Source: Patescibacteria group bacterium (GTDB lineage: Bacteria; Patescibacteriota; Patescibacteriia; UBA2169). Taken from it: a stretch of DNA of 33,768 nt. Where the stretch lies: NCBI GenBank assembly GCA_018830465.1, contig JAHJSI010000048.1:1-33768 (forward strand), given 5' to 3'. Under the pieces are notes generated by a model. That model was not told the origin of the DNA. It made no database searches and was given only the letters and a program-made list of their open reading frames with translations. Both the position numbers and the translations under genes were made by a program. Shown here piece by piece: positions 17,006 through 26,548 of the stretch. Each line of letters starts with the position of its first letter. Positions within the stretch are counted from its first letter, which is position 1.

Positions 17006-17461
17006 ATGAAGCTTGTCGAAAAATTAGATAATGATTTTAAGTCAGCGCTTAAGAACAAGGATGCTGAAAAGCTTTCTATATTTCGTCTTGTACGCTCAAG
17101 CATAAAGAATCTTGAAATTTCAAAGCACGGAGAAGCTTCTGATGAAGATGTCATAGAAATTCTGCAGCGCGAGATAAAACAGCACAAAGAATCAATTGAC
17201 GCGAATAAAACTGCAAAACGCAAAGATGAAGTAAATCGTCTTCAAGCTGAAGTTGAATTACTGCAGCCGTATTTGCCAGAGGGAATTTCTTCTGACGAGT
17301 TAAAAGACGTGGTTGAGTGCGCGATTGCTGAAATACAAGCAGTTGATGTGTCTGATATGGGAAAGGTAATGGGTAAAGTAATGCCTCAGGTAAAAGGACG
17401 TACGACTGGAGATGAAGTTAATCAAATGGTTCGCAATCTTCTTCAAAATAACAAAAATTAA
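17006..17461 (+). CDS. GatB/YqeY domain protein
   Basis: 151-aa ORF. KLVEKLDNDFKSALKNKDAEKLSIFRLVRSSIKNLEI and C-terminal DMGKVMGKVMPQVKGRTTGDEVNQMV are typical of the YqeY family. Confidence 0.85.
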   Translation: MKLVEKLDNDFKSALKNKDAEKLSIFRLVRSSIKNLEISKHGEASDEDVIEILQREIKQHKESIDANKTAKRKDEVNRLQAEVELLQPYLPEGISSDELKDVVECAIAEIQAVDVSDMGKVMGKVMPQVKGRTTGDEVNQMVRNLLQNNKN

Positions 17462-17472
17462 TAATAAAAATT

Positions 17473-17706
17473 ATGTCGAAATCAGGAAAATTTGTGTTGG
17501 GTGCTCTATTGGGCGCTGCTGCTGCTGCGCTTTTAACTCCTATTGCGGGAAAGAAGACAAGGCAAAAATTGCAAAAAACCGTTGAAAAAGTTAAGTCTGA
17601 TGAAAGAGTTAATCAGATTATTGAGAAAGGTTCAGAGATTTTCGAGAAAGCAAAAGACGCGGCAGGAGAAAAAATAAACCAACAAACCAAAACTAAAAGA
17701 AAATAA
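17473..17706 (+). CDS. YtxH-like small membrane-anchored protein
   Basis: 77-aa ORF. N-terminal GxxxG-rich helix FVLGALLGAAAAALLTPIAGKKTRQKL followed by a charged helix. Confidence 0.7.
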   Translation: MSKSGKFVLGALLGAAAAALLTPIAGKKTRQKLQKTVEKVKSDERVNQIIEKGSEIFEKAKDAAGEKINQQTKTKRK

Positions 17707-17712
17707 TTTAAC

Positions 17713-20700
17713 ATGCGCAAATTGAGCAAAGTTTTTTTGCAGAATCATCTGAAAGCGCGTTTGATGCTGGCTATTTTGTCTTGTTTTTTTATAGCAGGCT
17801 TTTTTGTTGTGAATGCAGATTCTTTGGTTTTTAATATTGCATACGCGCAAGGCGACAATTATGGCTTGGACAGCGGATTTCAGGAAGTAGCGATTCAATC
17901 AGACAGAGATATAAAGCAGATTATTGCTTTGATTATAAATATATTTCTTGGATTTCTTGGGATTATCGCGGTTATTTTGATTTTGTACGCGGGATACATG
18001 TGGATGACTGCCGGCGGAAATGAAGAAAAGGTTGCTCAAGCTAAATTAATTCTGCGCAATGCTGTGATTGGCTTGGTAATTGTTTTGTCTAGCTGGGCAA
18101 TCGCGTCTTTCGTAATTAGCCGTTTGAGCGATGCTACAGGTGGTGGTGGTGTTGGAACTTGGTGTTCTTCTGATCCTGCGCCTTCGTGCGTTCCAGATAA
18201 TGCTAAATGCGCGCTAGGTTTGTATTGCGATGGTTCATGCGTGTGTCGGTTTGCCGGCGGAGGCGGGGGTCTTGGCGATAATTTTGAAATTAAGAATTTC
18301 CAAACAGCGCATGATGGCCCAACGCCAGATGATGATGTATATCTTTGCAGTAGTGTTGGAACAATTTTTAATGAAATGCTTATTGATCCGACAGTTCAAA
18401 ATGCATGGAGCGATGATACTCTTGAAATTAGGCGAATAGATGACAATGGAACCGCGGTGGATGAAAAAATGTCAGCAAACATGCAAACAGCCAGCAATAT
18501 TATTGATATAAGCCCCACAGAAGCAGGTCTAGACAATAATCAATGGCCTGAGTATAGCAAATTTGAAGTCCATATTCCTAAAACAATAGAAGGCATATCA
18601 GGAAGGACTTTGAGCAATTGCCTGCCGCCAGCGTGCAATGATAGAGTTGCTTATTATTCTTGGGAATTTTTTACAACTGATAAAGATGATGTGCAAGATC
18701 CATATCTTGTTTCAACATATCCTGAAATAACTCCGGAGAATAATAATGTTAATCGGAAAATGACATTTAGTTTGGTATTTTCAGAATCAATAAAAACTGT
18801 CAGTTTTCTTGATGGAGATACTTTTAAAACAGGCCAGACTAATATTATAGTTGAAGAAGCAGCGAGCGGCGCAATAATTCCTTCGGATCAATTTTTTGCG
18901 CGAGTTACTGATGATGGAATTTATTTTAGTTTGAAAGATACTTATGTTGCGTCTTATGATGGTTTGCTTGGACATTTTGATCCATATACGCGTTATAAAA
19001 TTACTGTTCAAGGAATCAAAGATCTTTGCAATAGAGATATGACATTTCAAGGACCATGGTTTTTTACCACAAACGGCGTGACTGCTGGAGTGCAGGGAGT
19101 GTATCCTCCTAATGGATTTAATAATACATGTCCAAGTTCAGAAACATTTATTCAGTTTAGAACTTCAATGTATGATATAACAACTGACTCATGCGCTGTT
19201 GGAAATAGCTTAGTGCAGGGTGGTTTAGGAATTTCTGAACGCACTGCTTTTAATGTCGCATTAACAGGACAAGAAGGCGGAGATTTTCCAGTAGCAGGAT
19301 GGGATCCTGAGAATCCGAATAAATATTGCAGAATGTATGAATTCGCGCCAATTTCTAACTGGCTTGGCATTGGGACTGCTTATAATCCAAAAGTCACTTA
19401 TAAAATTTCGCCTGATGCGAGTCCTGTGACATTTAACCAAGCAGATGATGAATGGGAATTTACTGTTGTGCCAGAGGACCAGTGCGCTTATCCGCCGTAT
19501 ATTACAAGCATAAGCCCTACTAAAGGAGCTTGGGGGCAGTGCGTTACTATTAGAGGCAGGCATTTTGGAACAGGGCCTGTTGCTGATCCGCCTGGGGCAT
19601 ATTCAAAATTAAATCTAGAAGAGCATAGCACAAATCCTGCTTACCGAGAGAATCGAGGAGTTGATGTTACGGATCCAGCAATAATAACCTTTTGGGAATC
19701 TGGCGCGGGAAAAGATGGCATTTATTGGACAAGCGCTTCTAATTGGACAGAAAATTATATTGTTGCTGATGTAGAGGACTTGAAATCAACATCTCAATTG
19801 CACCAGGATAAAGATTTAGATGTTGATGTAAGAATTAGCTCTTATATAGATCTTGATGACAATGGAACTAAAGAAACAGAATTGCCTAGCAATACTATTC
19901 AATTTTTAATCGATGATTTAAATTATATAGGACCTTGTCTTTATAATATTAGGCCTGAGCGCGGTTATTGGGGAGATAAAGTGACGCTTACAGGACGTGA
20001 TCTTGGTTCAGGCGTTGATCCTGATAAAGTAACATTTTATAATGGTTTAGATTTGAGCGCTTCCACTATTCTTGGTGATAGCGGCACATGGACATCCAGC
20101 GAAGTTAGAAATATTATTGTGCCTGAATATGCTTTTCAAGATCCCGCGGGAGACCAAGAGGTTTTTATTACAGTTAATGGAGTAGATTCAAACTGGCTTG
20201 ATTTTGATATTAGCGCGGGCAAAGGCGACACATGCTCTTCTGTGCCAGCTTCTTGCTCTCCAGAACCAAGTATTTGCGGTTCTGGGCTAGAGTGCCGATT
20301 GCCAAGTGAGCCAGAGGAATGCACATGCCAAATTCCAGACAGATTAATAATTCGCAACCCTGCTCCAAGCGCGTGCGCTGATTCATGTACTAACGCGGTA
20401 ATTAGTTTTGAAATAACAAAGAATATTAATACAACAACAGCTGATAATACTACTATCAAACTTTTACAGTGCGCTGATGATAATTGCGTATGGGCTGATG
20501 GAACTGATGTTTCAATTACTCCAACGCCTGCAAGCAAGAGAGTGGAAATAAATCATCAATTAAATATTAATAAATGGTATCGAGTTGCTGTTTTAGGCGG
20601 AGCTAGCGGATTAAAAGCATCTGATGGAAAAGAAATTTATAATACAAATTTTGATGCTGGAGGAACTCAAGCTTATTCATGGAAATTTAGGACAGGGAAT

Positions 20701-23556
20701 TCTGCTTGCGGAGTATATAGAATAGACATGTCTCCTTCTGGAGGAATATTATATGAAAACAAAAGCTATGAATACACAGCTGTATCATACTCAAGACCTA
20801 ATTCATGCTCAAGTACAGGCCAGCAGATCGCGGCAGTATTTAATTGGGCAGGTAAAGAAACGACTTCAGATAATGGAGCAAATGATTGTGAGAATAATTC
20901 CGCGCACCCAAAGCTTGGCTCAATGAGCCCTGCTTCATCAATAGCAATTTCAACTGCTTCTGTTTTAGCTCTTTCTGTTGGCGCAGAGCTTCCTGCATGG
21001 ATTTGCGCTGAATCATCTGGAGTATATGGATCAGCTCCTGTAATATTGAAAGCGAGTTGTAAATCTGCCGCGGATTGCACAATTGGCTTGTGCGTTGCTG
21101 ATTGTGTTGAAGGAATTTGCCAGCCAAAAATTTATCCGGCTCCAGGATTCAGTCCTCAATCTGGAGAGATAGGAACATGGATGACAATTACTGGATGTTA
21201 TTTTGGAAATGATTGGGGACAAGTGAAAACTGGAGGCACAGATGCTTTGCGGCCTGATGAGGCATTATGCGGAAATACTTGGAGCAATACGCAAATTATA
21301 GCAGAAACGCAATCTGATGGCGTGGTAGAAGTTATCCGTATGGGAGATGGACAAAGCGATGATACTAATCCAGCGCAGTTTAATATAACTAGTGATGTAT
21401 GGCCAGCAATTTGCAGAGTGACTCCTGCACAAGAGAGAATTGGAAGAGTTATTGAAATCAAGGGGCAAAATTTCGGCTTATTTTCTGATTTTCAAACTAG
21501 AACTGGTTCAGGAACAGATAATCCATCATATGGCGCGACATACGCAAGCCCGCCGCAATCTGATAAAACCACGGATGAAGTGTCAGAAAGCGCTGGGTGT
21601 GCTTCAGGCGGATGGGGACCTGACCATATTTGCATAAGAGTTGTTCAGGGCGCGCCAATTGGAGAAGGAGTCGTAGAAGTTATTCGTGATAATGTTTCAA
21701 GCGCTGGATATTATTTTAAAGTCATAGACATTAGCACGCGGCCGCAAGATGCGGAAGATTTATATGTTGCATCATATACTCCTGGAGAAGGAAATTTAGC
21801 GTGTCTTAATATGATTATAGAAGTAGGGCTTGTGAACAAGCTTGATGTTGACTCGCTTGATTCAAGCAAATTCTATGTGCAAGAATCAGGCGGTGCGATT
21901 ATTGAAGGAACAATCCAAGCAGAGATTGGAAGAAATTCTAAATTGCGATTTATTCCATCTGCTCCATTAACAACTAGTACAAATTACAAAATTATACTCA
22001 AAGGAGGCACAGGAGGATTAAGAAGTTTATCTGGTGGAATTATTGTTGAGAGTGGTGTTTGTTCACTAACTGGAGGTGATTGTGAAATTGCGTTTAATAC
22101 AGTTGATAATGCTGGAGATGACATGTGTAAAATATCGCATTTAGAAATTGCGCCGAATTCCCCAGTATTTACTTGCGCGCATGATAATTGCGATAAAGAT
22201 ATTGATTTTACAATGACTGGGCGTCAAACAAAATTTTCAGCTGTTCCTATTAATTTTTATAATCAGCCGGCTTTAAGCAATTCAGATATATTGTGGTCAT
22301 CAAGCAATGTTGATATCATTGCTGATTCATATAATTCAGGCCAAAACCCTTTGCCATGGGCTAATTTTAGAGTTATGCCGAAAGACGGCAGTTCAATTAT
22401 TAGAGCATACTCTGAAGATGCGAATGTTTCCGGCTCAACAGAAGCGCGCGTGTTTTTATGCGAGAATCCATGGCCTACTGGTATGGATGTTGACGGAGAG
22501 CCATTCCAAGACAGAATTGGATATGATACATCAGAGAATCCAAAAACAAACTTTTCTACATTTTATTGTCGAGACAAGGGAGAGAGCGGAACAGCAGATG
22601 ATTTGCCAGAAATTTCTAAATCAGCTGAATTTGGCCTCACAACACCAGGAAGAAGCGTTCCTGGGCTTTTGAAGGAAGTATTTTTCACACAGCCATATTC
22701 AAAAACATGTATAGAAAGTGATGAAACAGAAAAAATTGGCATATCTTGTTCATCTAGTACTGATTGTGATCCAGGAGGCGTATGCATTGGCGAGATTGAC
22801 GCGATTGGCATTCGAGTGCTGAAGAATCCAAATAATCTATCTGTAAGCGAATGGTATAATTCTCAGGACTTTGAAAAAGGAAGTCCGAAATCAGTTCAAA
22901 TTGACAAATTTGACGCCTTACAAGACGGGCGCACAATTTATGTGAGCGCGATTAATGACACAGATATTACACCAGGAACTGCGTCTATTTATAATAATAT
23001 TTATCTAATTTCAATAAATGACAAAGCTCATCCAGACACTATTGAAATATATAATCAGTTAGTTGAGAACTGGAGATTCTTGGTAAATATCATAGACAAT
23101 GATGATAAAGAAAAATTACGGCGGGATTTGCAAAGAGTTGATGATGCGTATTATATGGCTAGTGTTATTGAGAATAAGGGATATGCAGTAAAACTTGAGT
23201 CAGGCACTAGGATGAAAGGGCATTCTGTGAGTGTTTGGCCTTCATGGGATCAGGCATTAGTTCAAGATTTTGGCGCGTCTTTTCCAAAAGATCCTGTGAA
23301 TAAGGTATATTGTTCAGATCTATTACAGCCAACCTGCTGGAATGGAAGCAATCTTGTGTGCAATGGAAATTTTCCTGATGGATCTAAATCAACATATTAT
23401 AGGTATAAATATGTTGAAGGAATCCAGAAACAAGCGATTTTGCAATTTAATCTTGAATATAGCACAAGCGCTGACTGGGCTAATGTATTTGTTGGTCCTG
23501 GGTGGACGCCAGGTACAAATGCGTGTGTTAATATGGAATATATAAAAATTTATTAG
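17713..23556 (+). CDS. giant (1947 aa) cell-surface protein: signal/TM, T4SS-pilin (TrbC/VirB2)-like two-TM module, Cys-rich knots, multiple Ig-like and IPT/TIG-like domains
   Basis: Uninterrupted 5.8-kb ORF. Pilin-like module at residues about 61-138 (IINIFLGFLGIIAVILILYAGYMWMTAGGNEEKVAQAKLILRNAVIGLVIVLSSWAIASFV). Repeated motifs of SbsA/Big-type (PYLVSTYPE..FSLVFSESI) and IPT-type (ITSISPTKGAWGQCVTIRGRHFG, IRPERGYWGDKVTLTGRDLG, SPQSGEIGTWMTITGCYFG, VTPAQERIGRVIEIKGQNFG). Cys-rich linkers such as CSSVPASCSPEPSICGSGLEC. Confidence 0.85.
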   Translation: MRKLSKVFLQNHLKARLMLAILSCFFIAGFFVVNADSLVFNIAYAQGDNYGLDSGFQEVAIQSDRDIKQIIALIINIFLGFLGIIAVILILYAGYMWMTAGGNEEKVAQAKLILRNAVIGLVIVLSSWAIASFVISRLSDATGGGGVGTWCSSDPAPSCVPDNAKCALGLYCDGSCVCRFAGGGGGLGDNFEIKNFQTAHDGPTPDDDVYLCSSVGTIFNEMLIDPTVQNAWSDDTLEIRRIDDNGTAVDEKMSANMQTASNIIDISPTEAGLDNNQWPEYSKFEVHIPKTIEGISGRTLSNCLPPACNDRVAYYSWEFFTTDKDDVQDPYLVSTYPEITPENNNVNRKMTFSLVFSESIKTVSFLDGDTFKTGQTNIIVEEAASGAIIPSDQFFARVTDDGIYFSLKDTYVASYDGLLGHFDPYTRYKITVQGIKDLCNRDMTFQGPWFFTTNGVTAGVQGVYPPNGFNNTCPSSETFIQFRTSMYDITTDSCAVGNSLVQGGLGISERTAFNVALTGQEGGDFPVAGWDPENPNKYCRMYEFAPISNWLGIGTAYNPKVTYKISPDASPVTFNQADDEWEFTVVPEDQCAYPPYITSISPTKGAWGQCVTIRGRHFGTGPVADPPGAYSKLNLEEHSTNPAYRENRGVDVTDPAIITFWESGAGKDGIYWTSASNWTENYIVADVEDLKSTSQLHQDKDLDVDVRISSYIDLDDNGTKETELPSNTIQFLIDDLNYIGPCLYNIRPERGYWGDKVTLTGRDLGSGVDPDKVTFYNGLDLSASTILGDSGTWTSSEVRNIIVPEYAFQDPAGDQEVFITVNGVDSNWLDFDISAGKGDTCSSVPASCSPEPSICGSGLECRLPSEPEECTCQIPDRLIIRNPAPSACADSCTNAVISFEITKNINTTTADNTTIKLLQCADDNCVWADGTDVSITPTPASKRVEINHQLNINKWYRVAVLGGASGLKASDGKEIYNTNFDAGGTQAYSWKFRTGNSACGVYRIDMSPSGGILYENKSYEYTAVSYSRPNSCSSTGQQIAAVFNWAGKETTSDNGANDCENNSAHPKLGSMSPASSIAISTASVLALSVGAELPAWICAESSGVYGSAPVILKASCKSAADCTIGLCVADCVEGICQPKIYPAPGFSPQSGEIGTWMTITGCYFGNDWGQVKTGGTDALRPDEALCGNTWSNTQIIAETQSDGVVEVIRMGDGQSDDTNPAQFNITSDVWPAICRVTPAQERIGRVIEIKGQNFGLFSDFQTRTGSGTDNPSYGATYASPPQSDKTTDEVSESAGCASGGWGPDHICIRVVQGAPIGEGVVEVIRDNVSSAGYYFKVIDISTRPQDAEDLYVASYTPGEGNLACLNMIIEVGLVNKLDVDSLDSSKFYVQESGGAIIEGTIQAEIGRNSKLRFIPSAPLTTSTNYKIILKGGTGGLRSLSGGIIVESGVCSLTGGDCEIAFNTVDNAGDDMCKISHLEIAPNSPVFTCAHDNCDKDIDFTMTGRQTKFSAVPINFYNQPALSNSDILWSSSNVDIIADSYNSGQNPLPWANFRVMPKDGSSIIRAYSEDANVSGSTEARVFLCENPWPTGMDVDGEPFQDRIGYDTSENPKTNFSTFYCRDKGESGTADDLPEISKSAEFGLTTPGRSVPGLLKEVFFTQPYSKTCIESDETEKIGISCSSSTDCDPGGVCIGEIDAIGIRVLKNPNNLSVSEWYNSQDFEKGSPKSVQIDKFDALQDGRTIYVSAINDTDITPGTASIYNNIYLISINDKAHPDTIEIYNQLVENWRFLVNIIDNDDKEKLRRDLQRVDDAYYMASVIENKGYAVKLESGTRMKGHSVSVWPSWDQALVQDFGASFPKDPVNKVYCSDLLQPTCWNGSNLVCNGNFPDGSKSTYYRYKYVEGIQKQAILQFNLEYSTSADWANVFVGPGWTPGTNACVNMEYIKIY

Positions 23557-23560
23557 TTTG

Positions 23561-23569
23561 TGGTATAAT
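23561..23569 (+). promoter_or_regulatory. extended -10 element (TGgTATAAT) 6 nt upstream of ATG 23576, possible leaderless start
   Basis: TGGTATAAT at 23561-23569. It is part of a 16-mer (23556-23571) identical to 8068-8083. No -35 seen. Confidence 0.4.
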
Positions 23570-23575
23570 ATATTT

Positions 23576-24331
23576 ATGTTTGAAGACGGGCAACAAAATC
23601 AAAGTCAAGGCAAAGCAGAGGATATTTTTGCAAGTACTGATACAGGCACAACGCCAGTACCAGCTTCACAGCCTCAAGCCGCGCAAACACCTCAACCTCA
23701 AAGCGCTTTAACAAGCGGAAAAATTAAGCCAGCGCTACCGCAAGCAGGAGGAGTTCCATCAGCCCAAGTTTCAGGGGCGCGTGAAACTGGTTTTCCCTTT
23801 AAAAAATTTGTAATTATATTTGGAGTTAGTTTCGGAATTATAGCAATCGCGGGCGCTTTGTTTGTTATTTTAAATAACAAAGCATCAGAGTCTTCTATGG
23901 AGCCAGTACCAACATTAGGCCAGCCGCAAAATGAGCCTGAAACAGATAATACTCCTGATGAAGACAAAATTCCTTCTGCTGATGAGAAGGATGAAGCAGA
24001 AGAACAAGAGCAAGATGAAGGCGGAGTATTAGACAATTTTCAGCAAACACAACAAGACAAGGCATTAAATCCAATCGCCGATGATCTCGCGTCAAAAGAC
24101 ACGGACCAAGACGGCCTAAGCGACGCAAAAGAATTTAACATAGGAACAAATTATAGGCTGGTTGATAGCGATAATGACGGACTCTCTGACTGGGAAGAAG
24201 TTTCTATATTTGGAACTGATCCGCTAGACAAGGACTCTGATAATGATTCATATTTAGATGGTGAAGAAGTGCAAAATGGATACAATCCGCTAGGAGAAGG
24301 GAAATTATTAAATTTTGAAAAAGCTGAATAA
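23576..24331 (+). CDS. single-pass membrane protein with thrombospondin type 3-like Ca-binding repeats
   Basis: Frame of ORF 23558-24331, taking the first ATG at 23576. Low-complexity N-terminus, TM segment FVIIFGVSFGIIAIAGALFVIL, acidic linker, then DTDQDGLSDAKE, DSDNDGLSDWEE and DKDSDNDSYLDGEE repeats. Confidence 0.8.
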   Translation: MFEDGQQNQSQGKAEDIFASTDTGTTPVPASQPQAAQTPQPQSALTSGKIKPALPQAGGVPSAQVSGARETGFPFKKFVIIFGVSFGIIAIAGALFVILNNKASESSMEPVPTLGQPQNEPETDNTPDEDKIPSADEKDEAEEQEQDEGGVLDNFQQTQQDKALNPIADDLASKDTDQDGLSDAKEFNIGTNYRLVDSDNDGLSDWEEVSIFGTDPLDKDSDNDSYLDGEEVQNGYNPLGEGKLLNFEKAE

Positions 24332-24334
24332 ATT

Positions 24335-25768
24335 ATGTTAGGATTTGGAAAAAAGCCTGCCCAAAAAGCAGAAAATAAACAAGATAATAAAAATACGCCA
24401 AACACAGCGCCTGTTCCTGTTATTGATATTTCTGATGACAAGTTTACAGTAATGCCAAAACAGTATCTTCCTCAAAAGGGAAAATTTTCTAAAGCCCCAG
24501 CTTCTATAAGTGCTGGGCCAGGGCAAGGAATTAATAAAAAGTTTTTAATATTAGGCGGCGCGGCATTATTGATATTAATAATAATTTCAGCGATTTTGTA
24601 TTTTGTATTTTTCTTTTCAGGAGACACAAGCGCGCCAGTTGCTATAGCGCCTGAAGAAGCCCAGGTTAAAACAGATAGCCCTGCAAAAGATATAACCACA
24701 GGCGCAGCAGAACCAGAAATAAAAGAGAAAATAATCACTAGCCAAGCATATGATGATTCAAACGTTTTGATTGGGTCAATAAATATTACAATACCCGCGA
24801 CAGTTGTTCAGGAATTTGGCACAGGAATCGGAATAACAGTCCTTGCGCCAGAGGATTTGAGCTTGCCAGAAGACATAACAATATTGGGAGGATTGTATTC
24901 TGTATATCCTTCTGGAGTTTCTTTTGATGAACCGCTTTCCATTGAAATAATTGTATCAGATGTTCCTCAAGGAGTGAGCCAATCAGACGTGTATCCAGCA
25001 TATTTGCGCGGAGTTAAATGGCAAGAGTTTGATGACTACCAAGCGCCAGCTTCTGTTACTGGATTTATTTTAACGCTTGAAAAATTTCCAACTGGACCAA
25101 TTGCCGTAATTTGGAGTCCAGAAGAGGAAGATGATGATACAGGCTCATTTGATTTTATTAAAGCAGTTCCAAGCATTGATACTGATTCAGACGGTCTTAC
25201 TGATACAGAAGAGGGAATGATTGGAACAAGCTATTTGTCAGTTGATTCAGATGAGGACACTTATCAGGATCTTGATGAAATTTTAAATGGATATAATCCT
25301 TTGGTTGGCGGAGGATCTAGACTTGAGGAATCTGGAATATTCGCGACTTATACTAATTTAACATACGGATATCACGCAACTTATCCAGCGCAATGGCTTG
25401 CTGATTCATTAGATCAGACAAATAAGCAAGTATTATTCATATCAGAAACAGAAGAGTTCTTTGAGATTTTGATCGAAGAAAATCCTCTTAATACTCCAAT
25501 AGTTGACTGGTATCGCGCGCAGTCGCCATCTTTGAAAAATGTTGAGCTTGATGTAACTGTTATAGACAAGCGTCCAGCTGTATGGAGTGTTGATGGATTA
25601 ACTTTGTACGCTTCAAAGGATGGACTTATCTATATTCTTACATATAACAGAGGCACTCGAGATGAAATCAGCTGGCCGAATATGTTTGAATATTTCTATA
25701 ATAGCTTTGTGTTTGGAAATACTTTTAATGATGCTGGCACGGCAACTACTACGCCAGAGGGCATATAA
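24335..25768 (+). CDS. single-pass membrane protein with thrombospondin type 3-like repeats and C-terminal globular domain
   Basis: 477-aa ORF. TM segment LILGGAALLILIIISAILYFVFFF. DTDSDGLTDTEE and DSDEDTYQDLDEILNGYNPL repeats parallel the upstream paralogue. Confidence 0.8.
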   Translation: MLGFGKKPAQKAENKQDNKNTPNTAPVPVIDISDDKFTVMPKQYLPQKGKFSKAPASISAGPGQGINKKFLILGGAALLILIIISAILYFVFFFSGDTSAPVAIAPEEAQVKTDSPAKDITTGAAEPEIKEKIITSQAYDDSNVLIGSINITIPATVVQEFGTGIGITVLAPEDLSLPEDITILGGLYSVYPSGVSFDEPLSIEIIVSDVPQGVSQSDVYPAYLRGVKWQEFDDYQAPASVTGFILTLEKFPTGPIAVIWSPEEEDDDTGSFDFIKAVPSIDTDSDGLTDTEEGMIGTSYLSVDSDEDTYQDLDEILNGYNPLVGGGSRLEESGIFATYTNLTYGYHATYPAQWLADSLDQTNKQVLFISETEEFFEILIEENPLNTPIVDWYRAQSPSLKNVELDVTVIDKRPAVWSVDGLTLYASKDGLIYILTYNRGTRDEISWPNMFEYFYNSFVFGNTFNDAGTATTTPEGI

Positions 25769-25775
25769 ATAATTT

Positions 25776-26189
25776 ATGCGCATTGTATTTATCAATCAAG
25801 TATCTGGCACTGCTCGGATTCCTAGGGCAGTGCTTTTGGCTTTAGCCGCGCGAACACAAAAATTGTTCAAGCAGAAAATGCGTGGAAAGTCATTGTGCGC
25901 TGTATTCGCGAGCGCGCGAGAATCAAAAAAATTAAATTCTAAATATCGCGCCAAAAAGCGCGCTACCAATGTTTTATCATTTGAATCAGCAGAAGCTGAT
26001 GAGTTGGGGGATATTATAATTTGTCCGGAGATTGCGCGCAAGGAATCAGGCGCAATGCGCGCGGGATTCAATTGGTGGGTAAGTTATTTATTTGTGCACG
26101 GGCTTTTGCATTTAATTGGTTATGACCATAAAACAAAATCAGAGGAAAACAAAATGGACAAATTAATCCAAAAGATTATATGCGAATAA
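25776..26189 (+). CDS. ybeY: rRNA maturation endoribonuclease YbeY
   Basis: 137-aa ORF. LNSKYRAKKRATNVLSF and metal-binding motif HGLLHLIGYDH. Confidence 0.9.
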   Translation: MRIVFINQVSGTARIPRAVLLALAARTQKLFKQKMRGKSLCAVFASARESKKLNSKYRAKKRATNVLSFESAEADELGDIIICPEIARKESGAMRAGFNWWVSYLFVHGLLHLIGYDHKTKSEENKMDKLIQKIICE

Positions 26190-26542
26190 ATATATTTCGG
26201 AGGATTAAAAGGGCTGTCTTTGGGCTTGCGTCAGTCATCACTTCTGATACTAGCGTTCGCTCAATGAGCGTGATTGGCATTTTGGTAATTGCTGCTGCTT
26301 TCTGGCTTCAAATATCTAGAATTGAATTTATAGTTGTCCTTGTAATTATATTTTCCGTGATTACAATAGAAGGCATTAATACTATTTTAGAAAGGGTGAT
26401 TGATTTAGTGGAGCCCCGCTACAAAGATATAATAGGAGAGATAAAAGACGCTCTTGCCGGGTTTGTTCTGCTTTCAAGCATAGGCGCGGCAATCGTTGGA
26501 GCAATCATCTTTTGGCCGTATTTGGCAGAAAAATTTATATAA
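26180..26542 (+). CDS. dgkA: diacylglycerol/undecaprenol kinase family (DAGK_prokar)
   Basis: 120-aa ORF with three TM segments. EGINTILERVID motif. Overlaps ybeY by 10 nt; ybeY-dgkA is a conserved pair. Confidence 0.8.
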   Translation: MRINIFRRIKRAVFGLASVITSDTSVRSMSVIGILVIAAAFWLQISRIEFIVVLVIIFSVITIEGINTILERVIDLVEPRYKDIIGEIKDALAGFVLLSSIGAAIVGAIIFWPYLAEKFI

Positions 26543-26548
26543 TTTCAT

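Noticed and set aside
25807-25840. Terminator-like hairpin GCACTGC-13 nt-GCAGTGC followed by TTTT, about 40 nt after the stop of the 24335-25768 gene.
   Set aside because: It lies inside the ybeY ORF (codons 11-22). The 25776 start puts the conserved LN..YR..TNVLSF motif at the normal distance from the N-terminus. At most it is a partial attenuator, so it is not called as a terminator.
26030-26070. GC-rich inverted repeats inside ybeY (ATTGCGC..GCGCAAT). Similar short GC palindromes occur in ftsZ (28962-28978), hisS (GCAGGCCTGC near 16246) and mfd (GGCGCGCC near 8946).
   Set aside because: They coincide with Ala/Arg/Gly codon runs at positions that align with conserved protein segments, or are very short. 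There is no evidence of insertion or repetition.
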